The notes under the pieces: model-generated
Databases searched by the model: none
Seen by the model: only the letters and a program-made list of their open reading frames with translations
Told to the model about the DNA's origin: nothing
Shown: positions 22,601 to 35,700 of the stretch, piece after piece
How positions within the stretch are numbered: position 1 is the first letter of the stretch
Layout: each line of letters starts with the position of its first letter
Translations under genes and position numbers: made by a program
NCBI RefSeq assembly: GCF_964355755.1
Contig: NC_092674.1
Span: 20,150,001 to 20,214,000, forward strand
Origin: Antedon mediterranea
Taxonomy: Eukaryota; Animalia; Echinodermata
Length of the DNA stretch: 64,000 nucleotides
Direction: 5' to 3'

Positions 22601-25600
22601 GTAATACTATAGAAGATTTGTGAAGTGTTTTGCTTCCATAGCTGGTCCGTTTCTTGCAATGGTTGTTGGTGAGTATGTTAATTCAAACTGTTCAAGAGTC
22701 AACTGACGCCAAGTACTCCACCAATGAGACATAATGTACAGTATGCTGCAATTTTGATTGATAAAAAAACCAACAAGTTTTAAAGATATTCTGGTATGAT
22801 ATACCAGGCCCAAGCAGTTGCATGTAAAGACAAGTCAGCTAAGACAGTGTGTTGTAAAAATTTATCTGTGATATTGATATTGAATATAGACTTTAGTAAA
22901 ATCTAAATTGAAATAAATTATTATAATTACGGATATAATATATTAAACTACTGTATGAATTGACATAAAAAAAGAGAATTGTAGAATACTAAAAATGTTG
23001 ATTATAAATTAGTGGAATTAGTGTATAAGACATTGAATGATTTACATGCAAAAGTATATTTATAGTTATACGGGGTAGAGAAAGTACTACTTGGATCATT
23101 GGTCATTTCTCATAGATTTACCGATTACACTCCGTTTCATTTTCATTTTGGGGAACTTAAAATTTGAAAAACATTGGTAGAAGTTTTTGAGACAAAAGCA
23201 GCTGAATGTACTGTACCAATGTGCTGCACGTGTATGTTAGTTGTTAATGGAAGTTACATAAAAAACAGATTGCATACCGATAACACCATTGTATCTCAGG
23301 TAGAAAAGCCCTATCACAAGCAACCTCATCGTAACGCTCGCCAAATTCCATACGCAAGTGGCATTTATACGCTTCTAATGCCAATTTAGGGCTGAAACCT
23401 TGTTCAAAGTATTCAATGAATGTTCTCTCCGTTTCTTCTGACACATCTCTACGTCTAAGTGCCTCAACGCTTCCTATTGGGTGATTATGTATGAATCCCA
23501 ATCTTATTTTCATAGGGAATTGCTTGATATGTTCCACATTTTTTCTATAAAAATGGTGCAAATAGAATTAATAAAGGAAAAACATTACAAAAAAATTAAC
23601 AATGCAGGGGTATATTTTATGCTAGAGATGGTGTTATTTTGACAATTTAGAAAATTGATGTAAATATCATTTGACATTTAAAATTAATATGAGCAACTCA
23701 TTAGTGTGTGTAAATAGAATATTCATCAGATTAAGATATGACATGGCTCAGCAGTATACATGTAATACATTCAGCCTGACCTACAGTACATCAAGGTCTT
23801 TATAAAGACAATTACATATTTTTGTGGAAACAATGGTGTTTACTTACGCTCGCGTTATGTTGGTGTTACGAATTGTGAATGATAAGAACGCTGGGCAGTT
23901 GGTATTTTTACTCGACGGTTTATCATGCAACTTCTTCCCGGGTGGTCTGGTGTTATGGTGACACCTGTAACCTTTCTAAAAACAAGCAAATATTATTATT
24001 ATTACTTTTTAATGCTATCTTTTTTGCAAATGGATAGACCGAGTTTCAATAATATTCCAATGTGTGACGAGTTTTAGTGTCAGATCATGAGAAAACAACA
24101 TAAAATCAATTTTTTCAAATATTTTTTTCTACATTCCTGTTCGTTTGTACCATGGAGGTTTACCTCCATGTTTGTACAATCAACAGTTTTTCTCTTACCC
24201 CTTGGTTATAAACTCATTACTAATGGTTTTTGATAATATTTAATTTTTTTCTTTAATATAACAACACATTACAGTAGGAGGCATTGTGTCCTGTACGACA
24301 ACCTACTAACATCTAACCGTAACTTAATTTGATCCTCAGAATATACTGTATCGTATTTCAAAAATGACAATTATACCTTATAAATGACTTTAGTTCCTTC
24401 ACACTTGAATTTTTCCCTGACCCGCATGGTTGTTTTTGTGTTTAAATGAAACTGGTTGAGCCATTTATTTGCTTCTTCTTCTGTATGAATATTTACATGA
24501 AGTGTTATTGAAAACTGATCATCTTCACTCTTTTGTTGTACTAAGTCATTACAAAGACAATATGTATAGTCCAGGGGAAATATAGGCTAAAAGTGATTAA
24601 AAATAAAGACATGGTTAATTATCATCATCAGTTTTACAAACAAATAAAAAGTAGATAACTAATAATAAAATTTTGATTTTAGTGTAGCCTATCCTTGTAA
24701 TTCTTCTCTCAAATCTCTCACACTAATCTTGTAGATCTCATTCATTCACATTTATTTGAAACATGAGTCCAAGAAAATAACAAGGATAACATACTGTTAC
24801 AGTACAGTAAGTTAACTGGTACAATAAAAGGAACTACTGTATATGATGGATCGGAATTAGAAATAAAGAACTGGTCTTATACCAACCCCTAAACAGAAAA
24901 AAAGGACAAATCAACCTGCATGACATACTGTATCATTATTAACTAATGTTAAACATAAATATAATCATATATTTCAAATACTACAGCACATTATGAATTG
25001 TATTTGAAAAAATATATTTTAACAGATTTATTAAATATTTTATGGTTTATAGGAGTTTTCATGTCGTTCCTATTGAGTTCATTCCAAAATTGTTGACCAT
25101 TTGTTGCTGCTGGACCTTCTCTTTGCCTTAACTCCTGCTTTAGTGGGAATTACTATTAGGCTACCTCCAGTAGGCTACTTAGAGAGGCCTAGCCCTACCT
25201 GACAGAGCCACCCTCTAGCTTGCCTACTCTAGTCTACTAGGCTAGGCCTGTGCTATAGTTAGTACTACACAGTAATAGGCCGGAGAACAGATGATTGGGC
25301 CAAATTGTCGTTTACGAGGATTCGATTGAATTTTATTTTTGTCGCAATAAACCCAACTTTCAGAATGTTGTATTGCGCACCACTAGCTATGCTTGATCAA
25401 AATCGGTCACATCACATTTGAATTCGGTTTTGGTTTTGTGTCACGCTATTTGGCGCACTAAAACATTTTCGTCATTTATTGAGTTTCAGTATAATTATCT
25501 TACAGGTCTCAGAGTAAATAGAGGATAGGCCTAGTGTGATAATTATAACAAAATAAAAGAATAAGATTGTGTAAATGTAATTACTTTATATAATGATTTG

Positions 25601-26377
25601 AACGTACTACCTGTACAGTACGTTTCTGTAATATCTTTTAATATCTCACTAAAGGTAAAGCACATGGTTTTGCTGACCCAATCCTGGGGTACTAGGCTAG
25701 GCCTACTATTACTAAATTAAACAACTTCATTGCCATTCAACTTTTTGAGATAATTGACACACAAAATCTGTACAGAAAGAAATAATATGGATTTCATACA
25801 ATAACAATATAAGGTAGGCCTAGGTGATCATTTTAATAATCTACCTAGCCTAGGCCTAAATGGATTCCCGCCTAAATGATCACCTAAAAAATGATTTTAC
25901 TATCGAACACAAGAATCGGGCCCTCTCTGTCTGCTATAAATAAAATAAAAGACGATGGGGCCCAGCAAATGAGACGATCGGAACTTACAGCAAGGGTATC
26001 AGCGATACTACTTTGTTTTAAATTAGACAATGATTGATTGCAGCAAACATAATTAAATGTATTATTCATATTATTTTAGGTCCTAGGCCTAGGCTAAGCT
26101 AGGTTACTCTTCAGAATACAATTGTGTGGCGCGAGACGTGGTGGCGCCCTCAATCTATCAAATTGGATTAGGCTTTACCATAACTTGTACTGTATTACCA
26201 ATTTCATCCAAAAGATTGTTTCCAAAAAATTAACAAAAAAGTCTGTGTACCGTGTAAAATATCGTATCGATATAATATTTGGTATAGTATATAAAAATTA
26301 CATTTAAAGATTTTAAAATCGTAAAGTTTCGATGATATGAAAACATTTTGTTTGTCCGGCTGACTGCTGTTAAAAAA

Positions 26378-26402
26378 ATAAACAGGGTGGTTGCTTAGTA
26401 TC
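26378..26402 (+). promoter_or_regulatory. Candidate CCDC39 promoter: Forkhead site ATAAACA next to an RFX X-box-like GTTGCTTAGTATC
   Basis: The motifs lie ~140 bp upstream of a 5'-UTR splice donor (GTAAGT at 26538). RFX and FOXJ1 control of motile-cilia genes is established. The second X-box half-site is imperfect. Confidence 0.55.
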
Positions 26403-26767
26403 GCTATACCGACGAACACACCGTCTTCAACAACGATTTTTAAAAAGCAATTCGCTAAAATAAGTTACTTTCTTGTGATTAGGCTTACTGCCTATATAAT
26501 CAATATTTACTATAGTAATTAGGAATATAGAGAGACGGTAAGTTGTGTTGTATTTACAGTGAAAATCACCGCCAACATACATTAACAACAACAAAACAAC
26601 TGGTGGTGGAGGAAGTGTTCTTCCTTTTTAGGCTAGGCCTAGGTAGGCCTAGCCTCTTATTAATATTAGCCCTCTTATTATTTAACTAGCTTAGGCTAGT
26701 TTTAAATTATTTAATTAAAAAATAAAAATGGTTTCATTGATTTTTTTAAACAGAGACAGAGGTTAAA

Positions 26768-29700
26768 ATGAGCATGAAAGGTATTTTGGGTGATATGGAT
26801 TGGGACGAAGGTCTTAAAGTTCCTGTAGCAAATGCTAAGAACAAGATTTTAGAGGAACAAGTAAGTTTTTCATGTCAATGTTCAGTAATATATTAGTGAA
26901 TTGTCTGTTGTTCCAAGTGAAACATTCTAGATCAAAATTAAGTCTAATGCTCTTGTCAAATTTACCTCCATTAGAATGGCGAGAGGTTATGAGATGAGAT
27001 CAATCGGAAATGTTTTTTCTATATCAGGATTACTCAAAAACTAGATATAGCCTAGCCTAGTAGGCCTAGACTGGTTTCATAATATTTTAAAGGACAGTTT
27101 CATAGCTGTATGGAAACACATGATTACATTTTCATATGCTCTCTGAGTGCCCTTGTGTAAAAATTAATTTTTTATTTAAATTGTGTTTTAATTATCTTCT
27201 TTGTCTCTTGCTCCCTTAGATACAAAAGCAACAGCAGCATATCGTAAAGTTACAACAAGAATTAGGAACACATGACGACAAAGTACATGCATTGTCTGAA
27301 CACTCACGCAATGTAAACCAAGAGCTAACGCACACATTGGTGAGTATCTGATAATTATCAGTATTCTAATGATATAGAGATTTAGCATGTCAAGCAGAAG
27401 ACAGAGTTGATCTTTTTTCATCTTGACCATTAAGATTCCATTTAATAAGTTTTCATTTATTATTATTATTAATGATGGAGATTTATATAGTGCCATATCC
27501 ACAATAGTGCTCATGACTCTACTAGGGTTTATGTATACGACTTTGGCTGTGCAAGCTCGCAACCCAGGTATCCCCTACTCATCTCGAAAGATGTACTAGG
27601 CAATTTTTTTCATAGGCCTGTGGTGACACACAGAACAGACCATTAGTTTTCGTCAAGAGCTAAAATTGCTTATAATATTAGAGGCGCATTAATTATTTTT
27701 GTTTAACGGAAACTGGAGAGAGTGCTTGTCAAAATAAATGGGTTTCTTTTGTGTATTACTATTAATATTTTGATTGATAAACTCTAGAAAGAACTATTTT
27801 TTGTAAAGACTGGTGAGTAACGTGAAGTGAAAGTACAGGCATGCTGAAAAACTAAGAAAAAACATTAATCAAATGTAAAATAACTAAAGCAGAATGTAAA
27901 ATAATGGGCGTAGAAATTGAAAGTATAGGTAAATCTTTGTGATAAAACGGCTCTTAAAAAATTAGAATATATTAAAGATGTGACTCATCCACTAAATAGT
28001 AAGTTTTAATAGATCTGGTAGAATTCAGCAATGCAAAGTTAAAACCAACCGTTTTAGTGATTCCTTTTCCCATATGCCTGTCATCTATATAATGTACATT
28101 TTTCAAGATAATTAGTTAACTTACAGTAGGTGTTACGTTTTTATATTGTGTTTTAAATTGTATTGTATCTATGTTTCTAAGCTCAGGTAAACAAATTTCA
28201 TGTATGTAATATTATGTGACAATAAATTGAATTTTGAATGTTTACTTTTAATTGTATTGACAGTAAATGCACTTATATTGCATATGTATTGTCAAAGTGA
28301 GATCACTCAATGAATAACCAGCCATCATCCTGTTTATTTTTTTATCCTATTGTTTATTTTTTAGGGTTTATGCAAAGCACGTGACAAGCAGATTGATACA
28401 GAAAACCATTTGAAACAAATTGCTCAACGGGAAGAAGGTCGTCTTAAGCAAGAAATCAAACGCATTGAAAATGACCTTGCTGATATCAAAGAACGAAAAA
28501 ATATATTTGAAGTAGGTTTTAAAAAACTGTTATGAACAAAGTAATCAAACTGCTGAATTGGTGGTAATTACTGGTCTGATGAATGTTACATACATACAGT
28601 CTTTTCTTTCAAATGAAAAATAATACTGGTCATATATTTAACTGGTTTTGAATCAATTCCTGTGTATGTGTATGCTAAACTGCTTAAAGAACATGCACCA
28701 TAGCATTTCTTAAATTTCAATTTGGTAATAAATATTTCTAAATCATAGGCTGCTGATATACTAATAATTATTTTTTACAGATTTGTTTTTAAGGTGAAAA
28801 AATCTGTGAGAATACAGAAATACCGTCCCAACCATGATTTCTCATTCTTTGTTGTCCTATACCCTTTTCAGACCTGCAAAAAGTAACACATTATGACAAG
28901 TCTGTAACCAGGTTTGCATAGACAATAGCTATAACTTGTCGAAACAATTTATGCAGATGTGAAAAAGGTATTTCATGACAAAAAATGTTTCTTCTAGTAA
29001 TGATCATTTTAATGGCTTTTCTGTATATTTCTTTGATAGAAATATGTTTATTTTTTATATTTTCCAGAATACTATTTTCAAAAACACAAAACAACTGGAG
29101 GAGCTGAAATCCCAAATGAACTGGGATCAACAGGCATTAGAGGCCTGGCTAGAAGAATCCGCACGGAAAGATGAAGATGCCATGACCTTAGCAAAGTACA
29201 CCCGTATGGATGAAGCTAAAGTTAAGGTGAGTTAACAACAAAAATTGGCTAGTGTAGATTAAAAATTAAAATTTACTGTATAATTATCTTGACCACTTTG
29301 TTGGAAAATGTCTATTTTCTGTATAGTCTAATAATAATCAATTTTATTTACGTATAAACTATATGTACTTTAAAGAGGTTTGACATTTAATGCTTTTATT
29401 TTAGATACATTTTATTTTGTCAAACAAAAATGAGTGAATGGGTAAATGAGCAACTATGCCTTGTATGGATAGAACTTGAAGCAAAACATTAACTATAGCT
29501 TCTTTTAAATTCTAGGAATTGTCATTAAGAATGCAGAAAATGACAGATGATTCAATGAAGAAGAGAAAAGTACTTGACCATGAAATGACACAGACACTAA
29601 CAGCTCAGGTGAGATCATGTACCACAACTACTGTAACAATAATGACAAAACATAAAATCAAGTCAAACAAAAAATCAACAGTTACATTTTGTACGGATTA

Positions 29701-32700
29701 TAAAAAGCATCTCCTTTTTTATGCATTCTGAAACTTAAATTATTCTCAAGTGTGCAGTGTAGATAGCAAATGTTACTTACAGACAGTACTGGATATCCAG
29801 GCTTCTTAACATTTGGTTCTGGAATAAATGTGAGCTTAAATCTATGGGCTTCTGGAAGCCTCCACAAATGTTGGTACACTGATATCATATTTACCACATT
29901 TACAAAAACTAAAAAATATCATTCATTCAAGTACTAGCAGTTGCCATACTTATTTCTAGTGCTGTTGTTGTAAGTGAATCACCTAATGTTGTTATTTATA
30001 CTTTCTTTAACATCTAGTTGGAGCTTGACAAAACAGCAGAGGAATTTCGTAAGGCTCACCAAGACCGAACCGAGTTAATCCGGCAGTGGGAAGCAACCAT
30101 TGACCAAATGCAGCGTCGTGACCGAGAAATGGATCAACTTGCTAATGTAAGTTCATATTGATATAATATTTTGAATGTTTATATCTAAAAAAATCATAAC
30201 ACACAGTGAACGAATGTGGTTATGGTCTTAGATTTGTAGATTTATTTCCTTAATTTTTTTTTCTTGAAACACTGGTTCTCGCAGATCACCAAAGTTAAGC
30301 AACGTTGGGCCTGGTTGCGTTCTGAATGGGAGACCGTCTGGGAGAGTATGGTGTAATAATAATATCAGACTAGCATGTGATAGGCATGGGTTTGAGTATA
30401 TCTTAGTACCTATGACTGTCATCATAATTCTTAGGATTGCTTGTTGGTTCATGATTGTTATTATTTTTTACAGAAATGTAATCATCAAAAAAAAGTAAAA
30501 AGTCTGTGGTAAAAAGAATCTACAATGTCTTACGAGGTGTCCACTTACCACAGAAAAAAGCTTTTAAGTGTGTCTGAGCTGTACAGGGAGGGGCAACTCT
30601 GTACATCTTCTCATCTTAAACCCTTAAATCAAAACACTGTAATGATGTTTTATTTTTAGGAACTGGCACAAGTAAAAGCGGATGTCCGTGCACATGAAGA
30701 AACTGTTGCAGAAAAACAACAATTTCTGGAAAACGAACTAGAAAATAATGAGGAACAGCAGAAAAAAATACAGAGCACTGATCGACTTTCAGCCAAGTTG
30801 CGTATTGACTATCAGGACACGGAAACACAGCGTGGCCAATTTGCAGATGAGGTAAAAATCATCCTAAACTGTATCATCTGTCCATCAATCCTTGGTATTC
30901 TACAATTGTTCTTACAAGAGCTACTGATTGTCGCTACTATATGTTTCTCCACTTCTTGCACATCATTTCAATATATTCCTTACCAAACAATTATGCTGCT
31001 TTTTTCTCCTTTCTTATATGAATATTTTTTACTAAATGATACAAAACTACACACATAACTTAATCTCTGTCTACACAATCAAACTTTATTTGACAAGGAA
31101 AATATGATGCGGACAAGATGATGTCATATCACTACCATATTTTGGTTGATCACACTTTTTTGTCAAACTAGTTTGATAGTGTAGACAGCTTTACTTGTAT
31201 ATTTATATTTCTTGTACAGTATAATGTGATACTTTACCAAAAATATATATTTGATATTACTTTTCATTGTAGTTGGAGACCCTAAAGTGTACTGTTGAGA
31301 GGACGGCTACAGACTTAGAAGCAATGAGAAAAACAGTAACTGAGCTCAAACGCAATGTTGAAGATAAAAAGTTTAGGTAAGCATAGTATAGTCATGTCAT
31401 TTTTCATTTTTAAACACTATGTCGGAAACAAATTTACTATATTATAAAAGATGGATTTTCAATAAGTCGATAAAAATTAATTTTGTTATCAGAGTTCAGC
31501 AAGCTAAAGAGTTAAACAAGCAGCTGAATGAAAAGTACAACCTTATCATGGATGCGTCAATGACAGCAGAAGAGAATGCTGCCATGATGGACCAACTTCT
31601 ACAAGAAGAGGAAGAGAACATGAAGGAGTTGGAAAAGGAACTAAGACATCTTCGGGAGCTGCAATATCGCAAATCTCAAGAGATGTATAATAGTAAGACT
31701 TTAGAGAAAGATACAACAGCGGAGATCCAAGGTGCAAGAGCTGCCAGTCGAAACCTGGGCAGTCGCATTAACAAGCTGGATCATGATTCCTTGAAACAAC
31801 AGGAGATTATTTATAATCAGGTAATTATTTTTAGAATTAAATGATTCAGACACATATCTAACAATGATATCTGACACCGATTACCTTTCTTTTCGCCAAC
31901 ATATAGTAATTGCATTGATTGCCTCTCAAAGCCATTATGACAAACATATAACAGGGAGCTTTCATTTTGTTAGTTAATTGGCCACATGTGTAAATATTGA
32001 GACGTGTGTCCTCGCTCCTTACTTTGACACAGGCTAGATGACACGACTGACGACACCACGTTTGACCGTACCTAGGTTGGTTGTCGGCCATTGCAAATTG
32101 AAAGCTCCCTATTATCAGGTCGGGCACCATTACTGATGTAATAGTTAGATTGTCTACTGTTGCCATTGCAAGATTCAAAGAGCCTGAGACAAGCTTCATT
32201 TACTCTTAATGTTAATTTAATCCTTTATCTATTCACTCTACAGGATTTCACCATTCAGCAACTAGAGCGCAAAATTTCCCGCCTCCAAGGTGAAAGAAGC
32301 ACGGAAGAGATGGATGCCCTGAATGCTAAAATAAAAGAGTTAACTCAGACATTAGATGTACGTAACAATACGCATCAGTTATTGAGTGCACAACTCAAAC
32401 GTCTACAGGTTAGTTTTTAAGTCAGTTTTAATATAATTCCTCGAATTAAGATTAAACTACACCTACCTACACTGCTCTTTTTGATAGCTAAATTTGTTCT
32501 CAGACACTCAAATTAGTTTTAAACTGGCATACATAAACAAAATCTAAGTGAAAGATTGTTGAAGGTGAAACTATTGACAGAAAACTTCTCTACTGTAAAC
32601 TGTAAACGTGTATTTACGAAGAACATGTTAGTATCACTTTGTGGTGTTACTAACAAAATATTTATAGAATACTACTATAAAACAAGAAATATGCCATTAA

Positions 32701-35700
32701 ATTGAAAAATTCTGTATTTAATTATTCATCAGGACGATATAAGGAAGGTAAAGCGAGACTTGGAAACAAGTGGTAAAGAGAAGGCAGATCTGACCAGCAA
32801 GATAGAGGAACTTAATCTTCATAATGATAGCTCTCAAAGGGTTCTCAAGAAAGTGATTGCAGAGAAACAGGTTAGTCACATAAAACATTCAATTGAAATC
32901 AATTTTTCTGTAGCTTAGTGTAAATTTCCTTTTGAATTCTCATCATAGGAAATAGGAACAGTAATTGAAACATGTTATTAATAAATATACAATATTGAAT
33001 GTGTATGAGTTCATGAGCTAAAAATATAGAACATTTCCATCTTTCACCTTTATTTGCACGAATATAAAACATTCATTAATGTTTTATAACACACCTATGG
33101 CCTAAACCATTTTAAAAAGGCAGCTGCACACATTCGCTTCGTATCGCTCATTTTGTAACAAGAATGAACACACATTAAAACAAAATTCATATAACAAAAT
33201 TAAATTGCACTCACATATAAGAAAATTGCACTGTTGTTAATGTAAGGGTTCATTGGAGTATTCTATTAAATATTATGTGACCCACAATTCTCCAATCAAA
33301 TGACAAGAATCTACTCATGTGTGTTAATATAAACCATACTAATTCCTATAACCCGTTGTTAACCCTTTACTCACCCATATAATTAAAAACTTTCAATATA
33401 ATAAAAATGTGTATTCTAAATCATATTCTTTATTTACTTTCGAAAATTTTGTTTCGTGATATTATATCAATAATTTAATAATTTTTTTTTTGCTTGATTT
33501 GTTCTACAGGATTTGATGGTTGATGAAAATATCTTGAAGTTAGAAATCAAACGTCTAAGAGATATACTCAACTCCAAAGCAGACCAAGTGTTTAGTTTGG
33601 AAAAGAGAAGACTTCAATTGGAAACTGTAAGTAAATTATGATTAAAAATGTTCACCTGTGGCCGTATTCACCAATCTCACTTAGGCTAAGGGAAATACTT
33701 ACCCTTAACATTTAAGAATTCCCTTAACAAAGGGAAACACTTAAGGGGTATTCACAAATGAGTTAAGGGATTCACTTACCTAAGGAAAACACTTAATGTA
33801 AGGGTAAAACTTAAGGGTAAAAATAATCATAAATATTCATGAGTTGTCCCATTGTCCAATCACAGAGGATTTAATTCCCCTATGGTCCAATCACTTTCGT
33901 CTCTAAAACTAATTTGCATATTTAAAAAAAGAGTAAGGGGTTGGGGGGACGGGGAGGATGAAGAGAAAAATGTATAGACGATGGCAGTCAAAACAAAAAC
34001 AAATGAATATTAAACCTAGACTAATTTGTATGAGGATCAAGAAAAATATGTCTAGCCTAGATGCTACTAACAAACCAACATTCTGTGTAGGCCTAAACCT
34101 GTCTGTATTGAGGCATATGCATCCTAGCCCTAGGCTGGTTACTGGGCAGACTAACAGGGCAGGGGGCCTAGCATCTCTACCTAGCCTACTAGAATGGGGC
34201 TAATTTCTATTACAACGAAATGGGAAGCCATCTTCCACAAAAATAATGGCAGTCAAAACAAAAAAAATAAATTAATATATAGGCATAGACTTATTTGTAT
34301 GGGTGGGGATCAGCAAAAAAAGGTGTAGAGTCTACTCAAACCAAACATGAATCCTAGTCTGGTTAGTGGGCAGACCAACAGGGGGCCTAGCATCTCTACC
34401 TAGCCTAGACTGGGGCCATCTACAAGTAGGCATAGTACTCGCACATACAGAATCGTCAGCACAACCAAGGTACTGAATAGTTAAGGGAACTTTTAAGGGA
34501 CCTCTGAGGTCCCTTAAAAGTTAAGGGGAAAATAGACCAAGTTAAGGGTTTCCCTTAACCTTAAACCCTTTGTGAATACCACTTAAGTGAAACCCTTAAT
34601 ATTTTCTTGATTTAAGGGAAATCCTTAGGATTTAAGGGAAATATCTCACTTAAGTGTGATTGGTGAATACGGCCACTGGTTTTTAGACATTCATAAATTG
34701 ATAATTCTTTCCGAAAATATCAACAATTTGAGAAAACTAATAATGACAGTTTTGCTGTCCTGATCGGAGAGCTTCTTCAGAATTGACCCTTATTAAAATT
34801 ACTCAATAATATATGTTTTATCACTAACTGTACTTAATTCATTATCATAAACTATTGCACTGCATCAGTGTTTTTGATAATCCAAAATAAGTTTTAAAAT
34901 TAATGCTGCTATGTTAAACTATAGTTTTATTTTAAAATTTAATTGATTTACTATTGATGATATGTTGCAATTAGGCGATGAAAGAACGCAGACAGGAAAT
35001 TGGAATTCACAAAGATATGTTAAAGGCTCAGTTGAAAGCGTCAGCTGAGGAGAAATCCACAGTAAGCTCAGAACTACATGAACGTATATCAAAGATTGAA
35101 AAATTAAGAAAAAGGTTAGTAGAAATAATATCTGGATTTGAAATTAATTTTCTACCCTATTTTATATCATTTTCAATGTATTGTTTTTTAACTTTCTGTG
35201 GACATAGAAGTCAAGGTTTCTCTCACAAGTCTCCAATAAACGGACAATTTGTGGGCTCTCTGGTGTTTTCTGGTATCTGCTTTCCAGTGTTACAAATACT
35301 GTAAATCTATGGTAGAATTGATATTTATCATATAGTTCCTAGGACTAGACATATACTTAGTAAAGTTGTTTTATTAATAGTAAAAAGCATTTGACCATCT
35401 TTCATACAAATTTATTTTCTTAATAGATATGAAATACTGATGGTATCTATGGCACCACCTGAAGGTGAAGAGGATCGCTCACAAGCATACTATGTCATAC
35501 AGGTTAGTAAGTTATATGGTATGATGTTATACAGCTGATATTGATTTTATTGGTGTATTATAACATTTGAGATCTCCCGAGGAAATTATATCTTTCTTGA
35601 GGGATTATATTATCCCAAGTACTACGCTAGTTAACCATTGTTAGATGGAGATAGTAATAGAGGTATACATGCTTTAGTAATTTAGTGTACATCTATAGCA

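Larger units (their letters stand above)
19138..24770 (-). pseudogene. MULE/SWIM-type transposase remnant with introns; no DDE core seen; hosts nested hAT and Gypsy insertions
   Basis: Spliceable exons 24586-24377 (..EEEANKWLNQF..TTMRV..VIYK), 23975-23848 (YRCHHNTR..SKNTNCPA) and ~23543-23277 (HNHPIGSVEALRRRDVS..DRAFLP..WCYR) form a WRKY/GCM-like C-C-H-H domain. SWIM-like region ~22600-22860; C-terminal part ~19138-19530. Confidence 0.6.

Noticed and set aside
33660-34660. TTAAGGG/TTAGG motifs as interstitial telomeric repeats
   Set aside because: They are dispersed in both orientations inside a TIR- and TSD-bounded Harbinger element, so they are subterminal motifs.
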